Positions 37,300 to 50,310 of a stretch of DNA of 64,000 nucleotides are shown here, piece after piece. Origin of the DNA: Octopus bimaculoides (lineage: Eukaryota). The notes below the pieces were generated by a model. It had not been told where the DNA came from, searched no databases, and saw only the letters and a list, made by a program, of their open reading frames with translations. Position numbers and translations under genes: made by a program. The DNA is taken from NCBI RefSeq assembly GCF_001194135.2, contig NC_068984.1, forward strand, positions 27,788,486 to 27,852,485, written 5' to 3'. Position 1 is the first letter of the stretch; each line of letters begins with the position of its first letter.

Positions 37300-38499
37300 A
37301 TACACGAAAATATGTATCCCTCGATGAACGTGGTTGAAATAACATTAAATTAAATCTTCATCTGTGTCATACTTAATGCATGGATATCATTGAAAGGCAT
37401 GTTACTGAGGTTTCCGTCTGAGATAATATATCTTCATAGATATGCTATGCTAAAGATACAATATATATTGCAGCAGGTTGAACATCGTCACAGCAGTGAA
37501 TCTCGAGAACGATAGACGCGTTTCGTCCCACTTAGGTCGCGTCAATGCCAACCTGGCAGTCTTCCTGCAATATCGGCGAATGTATTACTTTTCGTTTCCT
37601 ATAAATGGAAATACGAATATTGTCTAAGTAAGTGACAAATGAGTACATGGCTCTGGCGATTCCAAAGTAGCACGAAGGGCATCTGCCGTTCTCAAGAGTC
37701 GATATTCTCGTTCTCGTGTGATGATATTCTCTTCGCTCCGATACTTATTGTTTTTAACATATATTATGAAGAGGTTTTCTCTCATCCGAAGACCACAGTA
37801 TCATATTTTTAGACAGTATATATACATTTAGTATGATACATGGATGGCGATTATATGTCCTTGTTTGTGTGTGTATGTGTGTGTGAGTGTGTCTGTGTGT
37901 GTGTGTGTGATAGATTTTCTCCTCTTTAAATACGACTGTATAACTTGCTTATGACTCCTAAAAGATACACTGAAACGCGTTTCGATGTTTGTAAATTAAA
38001 TATAGATAACATGGACACAAGCTCTACTACATTCGCAACCAGTAAGTAGAGTTCTATTGGAAAGTGCCAATGCGGAAAACTATTATCCACTCCTGTCAAG
38101 ATCACCATCGCTAGGTATAAAATCTTTAAGGATAATAGCACAAAGAACAATGTATCATTGCTCCCAATAAAATGAAAGCAGAAAAAGCAATCAAAGTATT
38201 ACCATAAAAATGTCAAACGGTTAAAATTGAATGGACAATAGTCAATGCTCTAAAAACATGTGTGGAAGGCGTAAGAGGTATTTGTTGTTATGGTGAAAAT
38301 GGGACGTACTGTCACTATGCACATCCCAGAGCCTTCCAGAGATTTCTTAAACAGGGTCATTAATCTCAATAAATTTTGTAATGGTGTAAAATGTTTCAGT
38401 TTGTGGGTAGACATGCGTGAGTAATCAAATCAGTTATATATACACTGCCTAAGAAATAGTTGTCAATAGACCCACTTAAATGGAGCACAGAGCAAACAA

Positions 38500-40020
38500 C
38501 AGTATGCCACCAGCATAAAACAAATTGTGAGAAAACAATAGCAAATTACAGCAGGAGACCATCAATAACGAAATAGTTTACACTTGGTTAAAAGGGCAAA
38601 TACATCAGTTGACCCAGATACAACAAACAATGCTACACAGATCAGCATACATGAGCAGCTCAACTAATAAACCCAGGATGACCTCATACGTCACATTTTA
38701 TATATCATAAGCTATACTTGTAAATATCCAGAGATGTTTTATAACTGAACGACAAAAGTAAAGTTTCCTATATTAAGAAACTTATGGCATTTGTAATCAA
38801 GCAATATGCATAGCACAAAGAGAAACACAGTAAAGAGTAAACATATGAAGTGCAGAAATTTACATTTCAAAACGTTTTCTCTCTTATGTAGTTGATGGAA
38901 CTATTGATCTGCTACTAAACAACAGTTTCGCCACACTGGATCTCTACTTCACAATGTGGAAATCATTACGGAAAAGTAATTTTTACAAACTTCTCAGAGC
39001 AAAACAGTAAAATTAACAATGTATGGTCAAAGAGAACAAGTAGCCGAACATCCCACCAAAAGTGTATCGACCATGTCCAAGTTGAATTTCCGAAACTTTC
39101 TGTTGAAATCAATTGAGAAAAGAAGTCTGTTCGATAAATTGGTCTCAAATCATATGCAAGCAAAGCAATGTCATGATAGTGAAGCAATTTATAGCAGCAA
39201 TACAAACTAAAGGTATAAAACGTGTCACAATTAAGAAGGTTTACAGTTTTTTCACAGAAATATCTTTCTTAGAAACAGGAAAATTATTATGTGATGAAAA
39301 ATAACATCTCAAAGGGTTTAAGTAAACAACTGAAAACCAGTTAAATATGGTACTCATAGACAACGAAAAGGAACTAAAGTTCTCCTATGAAAATGAGAGC
39401 CAATAAAAGGAAGTTGCGCTGTAGAAAGCATAAAAGCTAACCCAGGTTGTCGTATATTGTCACAGAAGAAACATCTGAGTAGCACAAAATAGGACCTTGT
39501 TTTCAAGGAAGTAAAGTACTTACTGCAGCCGCTCACAAGGTGAATGGAATACTTAGTGAGCAATTCAAAATTATGTACCCGCCTTCTTGCTGCTACACAT
39601 TTAAATTACAAAGACCCCAGTAAACTATTTCAGTTGTTTTAAACATAGTTTCGTAAAAGCGTCAAAATAATCTCAGACCTAAAAATGGAACTATGTCCTG
39701 AGCGGAGGAAGAGACTAGAAGGGAAAAAAAAAAGTTGACAGGCTCATATCTCTGAATTCACATATCAACAAAATGATGGAATTAATTATCAAGGAAAAAC
39801 TGATTACGTTCTTTCAAGAAGAGAGCTTACCAAATGATACCCAGCATAGTTGCCACTCAAAGAAAACCCATTCATACAGCTGTTGTTGTATTATTACTAG
39901 TTACTAAAGCAGATATGCATGCAGTCAAATAAATGTTTGCAAATACAGGTTACTGCGAAACCTATCGATAAAGATGATCAAGGGCACTTCTGCGAAGTAT
40001 GCCTACACTGAAGAATTTCG
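38500..40020 (+). mobile_element. Long decayed CR1-like LINE relic
   Basis: LNSHINKMMELIIKEKLITFFQEESLPNDTQH and TAKPIDKDDQG resemble LTSH.SKVME..L..L.D.QHGF and FAKAFDKVDHG; boundaries approximate. Confidence 0.5.
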
Positions 40021-40517
40021 ACATAAGGTTGATTACTTCTGATTTGCTTTGATTCTTTGGATTTCCATTACTTCTGTTCCTGTGGTAGCATAATGACTTC
40101 ACTCTGCATACTTTGTGTTTATGTCATGATAAGTATCTGCCACAAAAGTGTGTCTCGCTTACTTCTTTACTTTTCGTAAAAAAAGAAAAGAATTGCGTGC
40201 TTCAAGATTGTAGATTCAGAGGACAAAAGCAGCTGTTGCAACACGATCATCCTATCAGGGCTCCGAATACTTCTTGCAACTACTATGTCTATAACAACTA
40301 TTCTTTAATTACAGACTGTAGGTGGTGCATGAGAGATGCCTTGTGGGCCTTAACCACGTTACTTTGTCCGGTGGCGAATGCGAGTTATTGGGCCAAGACA
40401 ATAAAATATTATGTTTTGAATGTCAGCCTTCGCACTTATACAATGAAAACCAATCTTACATGTTGTTTCTTATTAGTCCCCACATGTCACTGCATTTTTA
40501 ACAAACATTTGTGAATG

Positions 40518-40573
<56 letters not shown>

Positions 40574-40762
40574 GCTTGATTGTGTTTAAGGAGACGACGA
40601 CTTATTGATGCATATTTTCTTTGTGAAAGACTATGAAGCTGTGATGCTGCTGCCTATTGACTGATCGTATGATCACACCTTCTAAAACCAAGAAATTTGA
40701 AAACTAAGACAAATTTTGCTTATTTCAACCAATGAATAATTTTTATTGATGTAGATAATCAG

Positions 40763-40799
<37 letters not shown>

Positions 40800-41489
40800 T
40801 TCACGAAAACTTATACCGAGATTTGCTACACGAAACAACAGCTTAAAATCGGGCATATAGCAGTCTACTTTGATCGACTATCCTATGCTTTATTTTTTAT
40901 ATCAAGGTCTACATTATAAAACATGTGGCCTTCCGATTTGAAGATTGTTGAACGTGATTTGAATAAAATTAGTTACTACTCCTAGTAGGTTGAACAACTG
41001 CATTGAGGTTCCTTTTTGGCTGAGTTTAATAAGCAGTGCAGTAAGATATCATCCCTAATGACTGACATAGCTGTATTATCGCAAACTTCTAAGAAAGTAA
41101 ATAGATTCACTGAACAGAGGAAATTACAGAGGCTTCTCGCTGATAGAAAATTTTTGAAAATTCAGCGTTACCCTGGATATGATGTAGTCTAGGTTTTTAT
41201 TAGCAGGTAGAATAACAAAGGGATTTTTCTTGTGCAACAACTGCAAGAGAAATTCTAAACGAAACCACTCAACTTTTCATTTGCCCATTAGATATGTAAC
41301 ATTAAGTTGTATGAATAACAAAGGAAAAGTGAGTTAAGAAAGCAGCGGGGCATTAAATGCATCAGATAATGCAAAGAGAAAATGCATTTAAATGGCAGCT
41401 ATGTATGATAAGAAGAGAAAAAGAGCTGGACGAAGAAATACTTATAACAAAGGAAAATTAAAGAAGATATGAAAAGGGGTATGAAAGTT

Positions 41490-41750
41490 AGATTATGAGA
41501 TGTCGGGCCTTACTGACCAGGTGACTGAGAATCAAGATATGTGGTGATTTACAACACTGCGAGGATAGCCAAAACAACGTGTCAGCATGGAAGCGTGGAT
41601 ACAGAAATGAAGACAACAACGACAACGAGGACGGCAATGACGACGACTGAAGAATATGTGAATGATCAAAACGACTGCAAAATAAGGCTGCCAACAATGA
41701 CGCTGACATTGACGACAATCTTAAGTAAGATGACGATGATGATGTCATTG
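41490..41750 (+). mobile_element. Decayed RTE 3' end with (GAC/GAT)n tail
   Basis: gatgtcgggccttactgaccagg..gatatgtgg..gtcagcatggaagcgtgga resembles the RTE ORF end and tail seen at 29.7-30.4 kb. Confidence 0.5.
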
Positions 41751-42797
41751 TATTTATTGTTGTTGTTGCTCTTGTTGTTGAGCTGAAGTGTTTTCGAGAG
41801 TGAAACGGTTTATTGATCTTTCAAATTCTTGCTAAGAAAATAAAATGGACTGCATTTTAGAGAACATGAGATGTATGCTTTTACTGTGTCTGTTCACAAA
41901 ATGACCACTTACCAGCTGCACATGTTAATTATGGCTTAGTTTAAAATATCTTAAAATAAATAGGAATATTAAATTACTGAGTACTAAGTGATATATATGA
42001 GAAAATGACTGGATGTTAACTTATTGACTGAGATGAAATAAAATAATAATTAACAATAACAAGCGAGATGTAAACAGTTGGAAAACCTTTCAAAACTTCA
42101 ATAGCAACATAAAAGAATCAATTTGTGTTTGATAAGCACTCAGACAATATAAATTGCTGGATTAATCAGTGTTTAGTTTAGATATTTTAGTAACTGTAAT
42201 CAGTGATTAAGACTTGTAGAAGGGGGTGAGATAGAAAGAAAAGACACATTCATTCCACCACCACCACCACCACCACCACCACAACAACAACAACAACCAC
42301 AAACACCACCATCACCACAAACNNNNNNNNNNNNNNNNNNNNNNNNNNNNNNNNNNNNNNNNNNNNNNNNNNNNNNNNNNNNNNNNNNNNNNNNNNNNNN
42401 NNNNNNNNNNNNNNNNNNNNNNNNNNNNNNNNNNNNNNNNNNNNNNNNNNNNNNNNNNNNNNNNNNNNNNNNNNNNNNNNNNNNNNNNNNNNNNNNNNNN
42501 NNNNNNNNNNNNNNNNNNNNNNNNNNNNNNNNNNNNNNNNNNNNNNNNNNNNNNNNNNNNNNNNNNNNNNNNNNNNNNNNNNNNNNNNNNNNNNNNNNNN
42601 NNNNNNNNNNNNNNNNNNNNNNNNNNNNNNNNNNNNNNNNNNNNNNNNNNNNNNNNNNNNNNNNNNNNNNNNNNNNNNNNNNNNNNNNNNNNNNNNNNNN
42701 NNNNNNNNNNNNNNNNNNNNNNNNNNNNNNNNNNNNNNNNNNNNNNNNNNNNNNNNNNNNNNNNNNNNNNNNNNNNNNNNNNNNNNNNNNNNNNNNN

Positions 42798-42798
<1 letters not shown>

Positions 42799-42841
<43 letters not shown>

Positions 42842-43021
42842 CCTTTCTACTAGAGGCACAAGGCCTGAAATTTAGGGGAGGGATAAGTCGATTATACCAA
42901 CCCCAGTACACAACTGGTACTTAATTTATCGTCCCCCGAAAGGATGAAAGGCCAAGTCGAACTCAGCGGAATTTGAACTCAGAATACAAAGACGGACGAA
43001 ATGCAGCTAAGCATTTTGCTC
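42799..43021 (-). mobile_element. SINE (family of 49111-49325) with (ATT)n tail, 5'-truncated by the next SINE
   Basis: rc matches ..cattttcgtccgtctttg..tgagttcaaattccgctgag..gataaattaagtaccagttg..ggccttgtgcctctagtagaaagg. Confidence 0.88.
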
Positions 43022-43022
43022 A

Positions 43023-43305
43023 GTGGAGGCACATGGCCTAGTGGTTAGAGCAGCGGACTCGCAGTCAAGAGAGCGCGGGTTCGAATCTCAGTTCCGGCGA
43101 AACATCTAAGCTCCACGTGGCTCCGGCAGAAGATATTGGCGATCTTCTGCTGACTCTTTCGCCACAACTTTCTCTCACTCTTTCCTCCTGCATCTAGCAG
43201 CTTCACTGCGACGGACTGGCGTCCCGTCCGGGTGGGGAACCTATACGCCAATGAAACCGGCCCTTATGAGCCAGGTATGGCTCTAGAAGGAACAAACAGC
43301 AACAT
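43023..43305 (+). mobile_element. tRNA-derived SINE (head shared with 54795-55138)
   Basis: GTGGAGGCACATGGCCTAGTGGTTAGAGCAGCGGACTCG...GGTTCGAATCTC contains A and B boxes but no closing acceptor stem; SINE body follows. Confidence 0.85.
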
Positions 43306-43685
43306 TTTACTCACGTACCCATATAAAGCCAAGGTGCGTTTAGAAAGAGCAGATAAGTCTCCCTCAAATCATACCCTATAGTCCTTCGAATCATATACTA
43401 CAAAAAACAAATAGAAAATAAAGTTATCGTCTGAGGTACACTAAAATCGGTGAAAAAAGAAGAGGCAGTTAGTTGGAACAATTTTGATCTTATTTTTGCC
43501 TAATCAGAACTCACCTGAACAACAACAACTGTTTGCCTAGAATCGTTTAATAACGTTGTATTTTCACATGAAGAAAGTCGGTGGAAAATAATTTCTTCCA
43601 CTCCCTCCACAATAAAAAAATATTTAAATAAAAAATGTAAAATAATTGTATTATATATGTTATTTTATACAAAAGTTCGTGTATT

Positions 43686-43758
43686 GTCCCTGTAGCGCAG
43701 CGGATAGCGCGCTGGACTTCTAATCCAGAGGCCGCGGGTTCGAATCCCGCCAGGGATA
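43686..43758 (+). tRNA. trnR-UCU: tRNA-Arg, anticodon UCU, intronless
   Basis: Full cloverleaf: GTCCCTG/CAGGGAT acceptor (G1:U72), GCGC/GCGC D stem, CTGGA-CTTCTAA-TCCAG anticodon arm, GCGGG-TTCGAAT-CCCGC T arm, discriminator A. Confidence 0.97.
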
Positions 43759-43772
43759 TTGTATCTGTTCAC

Positions 43773-43779
43773 TTTTTTT
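43773..43779 (+). terminator. Pol III terminator T-run
   Basis: T7 run 14 nt downstream of the tRNA. Confidence 0.75.
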
Positions 43780-44319
43780 AATTACTATTACTACCAATTT
43801 ATACATGAACTACTATTGAACTACAAAAGCTCAAAGACAATATAATGTATGGGTATATTTATTTTTTTATATATTATTGTTTTATATATTATTTTCTTCA
43901 TTTTGTACTTCTTTGTAAAAAAACATTTTCATTCTTCTTCTTGATAATTTGCTTCCTCGCAATGAAAACCGGTTAGAAAAAATCTTTATTAAATTATGCT
44001 TCCAGTTCAGCATTCTGGCTTTTTTTCATTTTCCTATATATATATATATATATAGTTCAAATTTACAGAAGGCAAAAGACGAAGACTAGAGAAGGAATAA
44101 CAAGCAGGTGTATTANNNNNNNNNNNNNNNNNNNNNNNNNNNNNNNNNNNNNNNNNNNNNNNNNNNNNNNNNNNNNNNNNNNNNNNNNNNNNNNNNNNNN
44201 NNNNNNNNNNNNNNNNNNNNNNNNNNNNNNNNNNNNNNNNNNNNNNNNNNNNNNNNNNNNNNNNNNNNNNNNNNNNNNNNNNNNNNNNNNNNNNNNNNNN
44301 NNNNNNTATATATATATAT

Positions 44320-44520
44320 ATATAGTTCAAATTTACAGAAGGCAAAAGACGAAGACTAGAGAAGGAATAACAAGCAGGTGTATTAGTTTAACGCTCGGAG
44401 GAATGGAAAAGTCTTTGATGTTTCGAGCCTATGCTCTGCGACAGAAAGGATTGAGAGGGGGAAAAGCAGACAGAGAAAACATTGTGTCAGGATTAACGGT
44501 TCAACATGATGAAATGGCTG
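44320..44520 (-). mobile_element. Penelope-like terminal fragment with decayed hammerhead (44411-44449)
   Basis: rc TTT-CTGTCGC-A-GAGC-ATAG-GCTC-GAA-ACAT-C-AAAGAC; related to 48815-49015. Confidence 0.6.
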
Positions 44521-44599
44521 GAAGTAAGAGGCTGAGGGGAAGGGAGATAATAACAGTAATATGGCCGAACTAGGGTGCCCAAACATGCGAGTGTATGTC

Positions 44600-45697
44600 A
44601 CTTTGCTCGTCAGAACATACAAAATTGCTCTAAAAATCGCGCAGACCAAGAAGCCTCATACTATTGTTGAAGATCTGATTAAGCCTTGATTCTGCAAGCA
44701 ACGAAGATGATTCTTGGAGAACAGCAGGCACACCAGATGAGGAAAATTTCCCTTTCGAATGATGCAGTCAAAAGTCGGATCTCGGACATGAGTGAGGCTA
44801 TTCTGTTGCAAGTGGTGACTGCTGTGAAGAGTGGTCCTGTGTATTCATTGTAACTGAATGAGTCAGCAGATGTTGCCTCATGTTCCCAACTTCTTGTTTT
44901 ATGTTCGCGACCTTGACAAAGTTATGAAGTAGTACTTATTCTCTGAGCCAGTGGCCACAACAACACATGACGCTGTTTTCAAAATACGTGAAGCCTTTCT
45001 TCTTAAACATAGGTTGAGTTGGTAAGCTGAATACAGTTTCCGTGAAGAGATTTCAGCTCATCTTCTGGCAACGAATGACGCCATCGAAAGTTACTTCCCG
45101 GGATTGGATGACCACTGTACTGAGGCATGTATCAGCAGACTCTTTTCAGTAAAGGACAGTGATACTGATGTTGCTGTGACGGTAGAATTTCTTCAAATTT
45201 GTGAGGATACTCAGTTGAAAGTCAATTTTTCTGAACAAGAACTTCCGACATTTTGATCTATCCTTATTTTGGACTATCCTCTTCTTTCAATGCGTGCACT
45301 GACCATGCTGATCTAATCCCCCTCTACCTATCACTGCGAGGCTGGATTCTCGGCAATGATGGCACTAAAAATGAAAGCATGCAGTAGGCTTGTGATGGAC
45401 ACTGACATGAGGTGGTATCTGTCAAGCATTGCATAGCTGCAAAACAATATCAACCCTCCTACTGAGTGAAAAAGGTTTTGTAGGATGTTCAGTAGTTTCC
45501 CTGCGTTTCTTTTTAGTACTTGTAGTATTTTCGAGGTCTTTAATTTGTAACAATTTCAATAAATTAGGATCTTCATACAGTTTTGTTTTATCTTACCTTT
45601 AAGTAAAGTTCACCATTACAAAATTTATAATAGGGGCCACAGTAATACTCCAGAGAGTCTCTAGGGTAAGACAATGAAAACAGTTAAAATCCCACTG
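44600..45697 (+). mobile_element. hAT (Buster/Charlie-like) transposase relic with internal deletion
   Basis: IAQTKKPHTIVEDLIKP..ISLSNDAVKSRISDMS..LNESADVASCSQLLV..STYHCEAGFSAM..; TIR-like end gaaaacagttaaaatcccactg. Confidence 0.88.
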
Positions 45698-46133
45698 TCC
45701 TATGAGATAGAAAAATGCCACCAATACCCCATTCCAAAGTAATGAGAATCTCCTTGAACCAGCAATATGCCTCTTTTGATTACATTCAAATGGAGCTCAT
45801 TAGCATGTGTTCTGCAAAATCAGATTAAACTAGAAAGGTTTTCACCGAGAAATAAGGAAATAATTTATAAATTCAGAGATATTCAGATCATTGTCTGGTC
45901 TTATCGTATTGAAGGAGAATCGTTTATTTATTTCTAGTAGGTCAACTGATGGAAGATAAACTCCTTCCTTTTCCTTTATAGCTTCTTGCAATTTCCTTCA
46001 GCAATTTCAAGGAACCAACGAATAAAGAATAGGTTAAAGCCTGCTCATTTACGCAATTTGTTTGACAAGAAATTGTGGAATTGTAATGGTTTTGTGTTAC
46101 TTTGCTATAGGGTGGAAATAGAAGGGGAGAGTA

Positions 46134-46168
<35 letters not shown>

Positions 46169-47075
46169 NNNNNNNNNNNNNNNNNNNNNNNNNNNNNNNN
46201 NNNNNNNNNNNNNNNNNNNNNNNNNNNNNNNNNNNNNNNNNNNNNNNNNNNNNNNNNNGAGAGAGGGAGAGAGAGAGGGAGAGAGAGGGAGAGAGGGAGA
46301 GAGAGAGAGAGAGAGAAAAGGAGCGCGAGAGAGAAAGAAAGAGAGAAGTAAGAATATTCTGAAGACCCACTGGTCTAAAGTGGGATTGGATTTTGAGGAA
46401 GAGATTGCTTAGTTAAGAAGACTGGTGTGGGAATATATTTGTTGTAGATAGTTAAATACAAACACACGTGCACCATTCACATCTATGTGTGTATACGATT
46501 ATATGTAAGTGTGTATATACATACATTTTCACATGTAAATATATATGCATGTATATATATATTTATATATACACACACACAAATATATATAGACATCCAT
46601 TCATACTGACACATTACGCAGTTGCACCTATCCGCACACAAGTTGTCTTTTCATTAGCGTGGAAAATTTCTTGATTAAAGTATCTTTCTTATTGTATAAT
46701 GGTTTCAATTTGGTATAAATTACATTCTATATATGTGTGTAAGCCAGCTGAATAGAAAGATCTAATCATTACAGCAGAGAAAAAAAGGATATAAAATTGT
46801 TACAACACCAAAGCGAACTTGCTTGAAGCAGGTGCCAATTAACTGTATGAAGCTTCAAGTGTTAATACTTAATTACTTTTACTCGTTGCTTCTACTGCTG
46901 TCTTAGGTTATTCTTCAACAGCTGTACATGCATATATGTATATCTGAGTGTTAGTATCTATGCTTTACACACATGTCACACACGTTTTATATTTATATGC
47001 ATGAGTGATAGTATCTCTGTCTATGCATAACATACATATTACGACACATAAATATGCACACATTTAAATGTGAAT

Positions 47076-47125
<50 letters not shown>

Positions 47126-47318
47126 GCAAACATTCACATATGCATAAATCTATTACTATATGTTTATTTGTTTTGATACATTGTGCATATTTAGTGTGTT
47201 ATAGTATACCATGCTAGTATATGTCTATATGTAGTAGTACGATGAATATCTACCTCTCTAAGAATAGCTATATGTACTTAAGTATACATGCAAACACGCA
47301 TAGCTGCAGATACACACA

Positions 47319-47358
<40 letters not shown>

Positions 47359-47399
47359 TATAAATATACATATAGACAGTATTTGAAAAAGTATCCAAA

Positions 47400-48010
47400 T
47401 TAGTCTGGGCAGTAATCCAGTGTAGAGATCAAAATTGAATTCATGCCTTTTTCTCTCATTTTCAAAATTTAGTCTGAATCCTTCCTCTTCGTTAATAAAC
47501 GTTTTCACGCCCCTGAGTACTTTTGTTATACACTTGCACACGCAGCAATAATTCGTCTTGTTCTTGCCATCCCGTGTGCTTCGTCAATACGCTGATCATA
47601 CCCGTTCTCATCCCCTCACACGCACTCTTTTACATTACCCACTTATTTATTACATACACCAAAATGCTCAGTTTCCAACATCACCATACTTCCACACTTC
47701 CATACCTATACATACATCACATTAACATGCACAAATCACTCACCTCTTCTTCCTGCTTCCAACCAGGCGCACTCTTAGTCTTGAATCCCCATACTCATCT
47801 CTTCCTCCCTTCTTAGCTTTCTTTCTACTTAGCTTTCCTTCGACTGTTTCTTTTCTACTGACTATTTCTCTTTTCATTCACTATACGCTGTGCTTCTCTC
47901 TGTCTTCTGATGAAGGATTAACTTCCAAAACGTTAAGACTACCTCTTTTCATTAAAGCATTAATCTAATACGTTATTTTTCAAACATGCTTTTCCTTCAT
48001 TGGTCCTCAC
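47400..48010 (+). mobile_element. Penelope-like element 3' end (GIY-YIG C-terminal remnant plus terminal repeat)
   Basis: LIFKI*SESFLFVNKRF at ~47455 resembles the LIFKL.T..P.GLN..F end of PLE ORFs; hammerhead at 47902-47939. Confidence 0.55.
47902..47939 (+). ncRNA. Minimal type-I hammerhead ribozyme motif, G12 mutated
   Basis: GTCTT-CTGATGA-A-GGA/TCC-AAA-ACGT-T-AAGAC: stem I GTCTT/AAGAC, palindromic stem III ACGT. The single core change (G12A) is at a CpG. Confidence 0.7.
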
Positions 48011-48065
48011 TATCATTTATTGTATTTATACCACATATGTGTGTGTATGTGTGTATGCATACAGA

Positions 48066-48107
<42 letters not shown>

Positions 48108-48774
48108 GATTGATAGATTCACATGTAAATGTACACATACACACATATACGCATACATGCGTACACACGCGCACATACATAATGAAGAAGGACATTCTAA
48201 AACCCGTTTGAGAGTGGTGGATCTGCAGTAATTGTTACAGAATATGTCTAGAAGTAGGAGACTCTAATGTAAATCCTAAAGATCGATTGGCTTTATGTTG
48301 TTCTATGTTGTCCCAACTAATCCAGAAGAAAAGACGTTTTGAAAAGTGAATGCACTTCTATATAAAACTGATTTATTTTAACCAATTCTGTTCTTACAAT
48401 CATAGATAGACAAGAGACATTTCAAAATCGTTCATTGCTATTTCAGCAGTAGAGTATCACGTGCATCTATGTTGATGAAATACCACCACATCTATGAGCT
48501 TCTTTCTGAGAGCACACACTAGGTGTAATATATGCAGGAAAATTACCAACCTTCTTGATCCTCATATATCTAGATTCCTCATTACTGCTTCAGTTTAAGA
48601 AGTGCTGTGTGTGTGTGTGTCTAAAAAGTAATCGTACTCGGACACGAGTATACTTCTACTATATATGTCTGTGGGTGTCATGTGTATGCATGAGAGAGAG
48701 AGAGAGAAAGAGAGAAAGGAAGAGAGAGAAAAAAAAAAGAGAGGGAGAGAGAGAGAGAAAGAAAGCTAGTGTGC

Positions 48775-48814
<40 letters not shown>

Positions 48815-48816
<2 letters not shown>

Positions 48817-49015
48817 GAGAATATACAAATAATAACAACAGACGAGGACAGGTGGTGTAAATAACAAAAGTATATATTAGTATGACGCTCGGGAATACGG
48901 AAAGTCTTTGACGTTTCGAGCTACGCTCTTCAACAGAAAGAATACGGAGACAAGGAGAAAAACACGGAGAAAAAAAATTGAATAGTGTTCAGTCAACGGT
49001 CAATCATAATAATGG
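48815..49015 (-). mobile_element. Penelope-like terminal fragment
   Basis: Carries the hammerhead at 48905-48941; homologous in layout to 44320-44520. Confidence 0.6.
48905..48941 (-). ncRNA. Minimal type-I hammerhead motif with CUGUUGA core variant, GUC cleavage triplet
   Basis: TCTTT-CTGTTGA-A-GAGC-GTA-GCTC-GAA-ACGT-C-AAAGA: all stems intact; deviations are A6U and an extra A after A9. Confidence 0.7.
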
Positions 49016-49110
49016 ATACAATATATATTTCGATCATAAATCGAGTTGTTCATAACTCAAAAATGTGCTAAATGCATTACAGTTACAGTGTGATTATTTC
49101 TTTTATTAAA

Positions 49111-49325
49111 GGCGGCGGAGCTGGCAGAAACGTTGGCACACCCGGGCGAAATGCTTAGCGGTATTTCGTCTGTTTTTACGTTCTGAGTTCAAATTCTGCC
49201 GAGGTCGACTTTACCTTTCATCCTTTCGGGGTCAATAAATTAAGTACCAGTTGCGTACTGGAGTCGATCTAATCGACTGGCTTCACCGCCAAAATTTCGG
49301 GCCTAGTGCCTAGAGTTGAAAAAAA
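49111..49325 (+). mobile_element. Full-length SINE with 16 bp target-site duplication
   Basis: TATTTCTTTTATTAAA at 49095-49110 and 49326-49341 flanks ggcggcggagctggcagaaacg...gcctagagttgaaaaaaa. Confidence 0.93.
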
Positions 49326-49695
49326 TATTTCTTTTATTAAACAGTTAATTTCTTACAACTGTACGATTGCTTTCATACATTCTTGTATTTCTTCAAAGAA
49401 TAGACAAAGGAATACAAATCTGTATTGAAGTAATCGTGCATTTGTAAGGTATCATCTAGTTAGTAACAGAAACACATGTAAATTTAGAATTGGCATTTAC
49501 TAATAACAAAAGCATTGTCGCTCAGGCCTCTCGCTCTGTATATTTGAGTATGTGTTAAAATGTGTGTGTAATGTTCGTCAATATCCTTTCTTTGCTGTGT
49601 GTATTAGTATGCAATATCTTATAAGTGCGGGCTTACATTGAAGTAGAGAGTGAAAAAGTATGTTTCAGAGTGATAAGTCAGTGAACATACATAAG

Positions 49696-49781
<86 letters not shown>

Positions 49782-49873
49782 ATGCTTGCGGGTTTGGCCA
49801 GTCCCTCTGTGCAAAGTTACGCAGAATAGAAGTAGGAATAGTTATTCAAAGCTGTTATTACTTATTAATTGGA

Positions 49874-50310
49874 TGGTGGCAAACTGGCAGAATATGTTGC
49901 CTATTAGAAAAAACGCTTAGCCTATATCGCTTCCGTTTTTACGTTCTGAGTCCAAACTCAGCCGAGGTCGACTTTGTCTTTCATCCGTTCGGGATCGATA
50001 GAGTAAGTACCAGTCGAGTACTGGGGTCGATGTAATTGACTAGATCCTTCTCCCAAATTCCAGGTATTGTACCTACAGGAGAAAGTATCATTTATCAATT
50101 GGAAGCTGGCAAGGTACTAGAATTATCAGCTCGTCAGACAAAATATTTAGCCGAATTTCTTCCGGCTCTTCACATTCTGATTTCCAATCCCACCGAGGTT
50201 AACTTTGCCTTACATCATTTCAGGGTTGATGAAATAAAGTACCAATCAAGACTTGGGTCTATGTAAACGAAATACTTCCGCCCTTTAAGAGTGCTGGTCT
50301 TGTGGCAAGA
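49874..50310 (+). mobile_element. Two tandem diverged SINE copies (49874-50092 and ~50101-50310)
   Basis: Both align to 49111-49325 (ctggcagaa..gttctgagt..gccgaggtcgacttt..gtaccag). Confidence 0.75.

Noticed and set aside
40113-40514. 133 aa ORF
   Set aside because: No recognisable motif, non-ATG start in the track, and no clear splice pair.
43023-43100. tRNA gene call for SINE heads (also 55060-55138 and 50640-50710)
   Set aside because: A/B boxes are present but there is no closed cloverleaf, and each continues into a SINE body.
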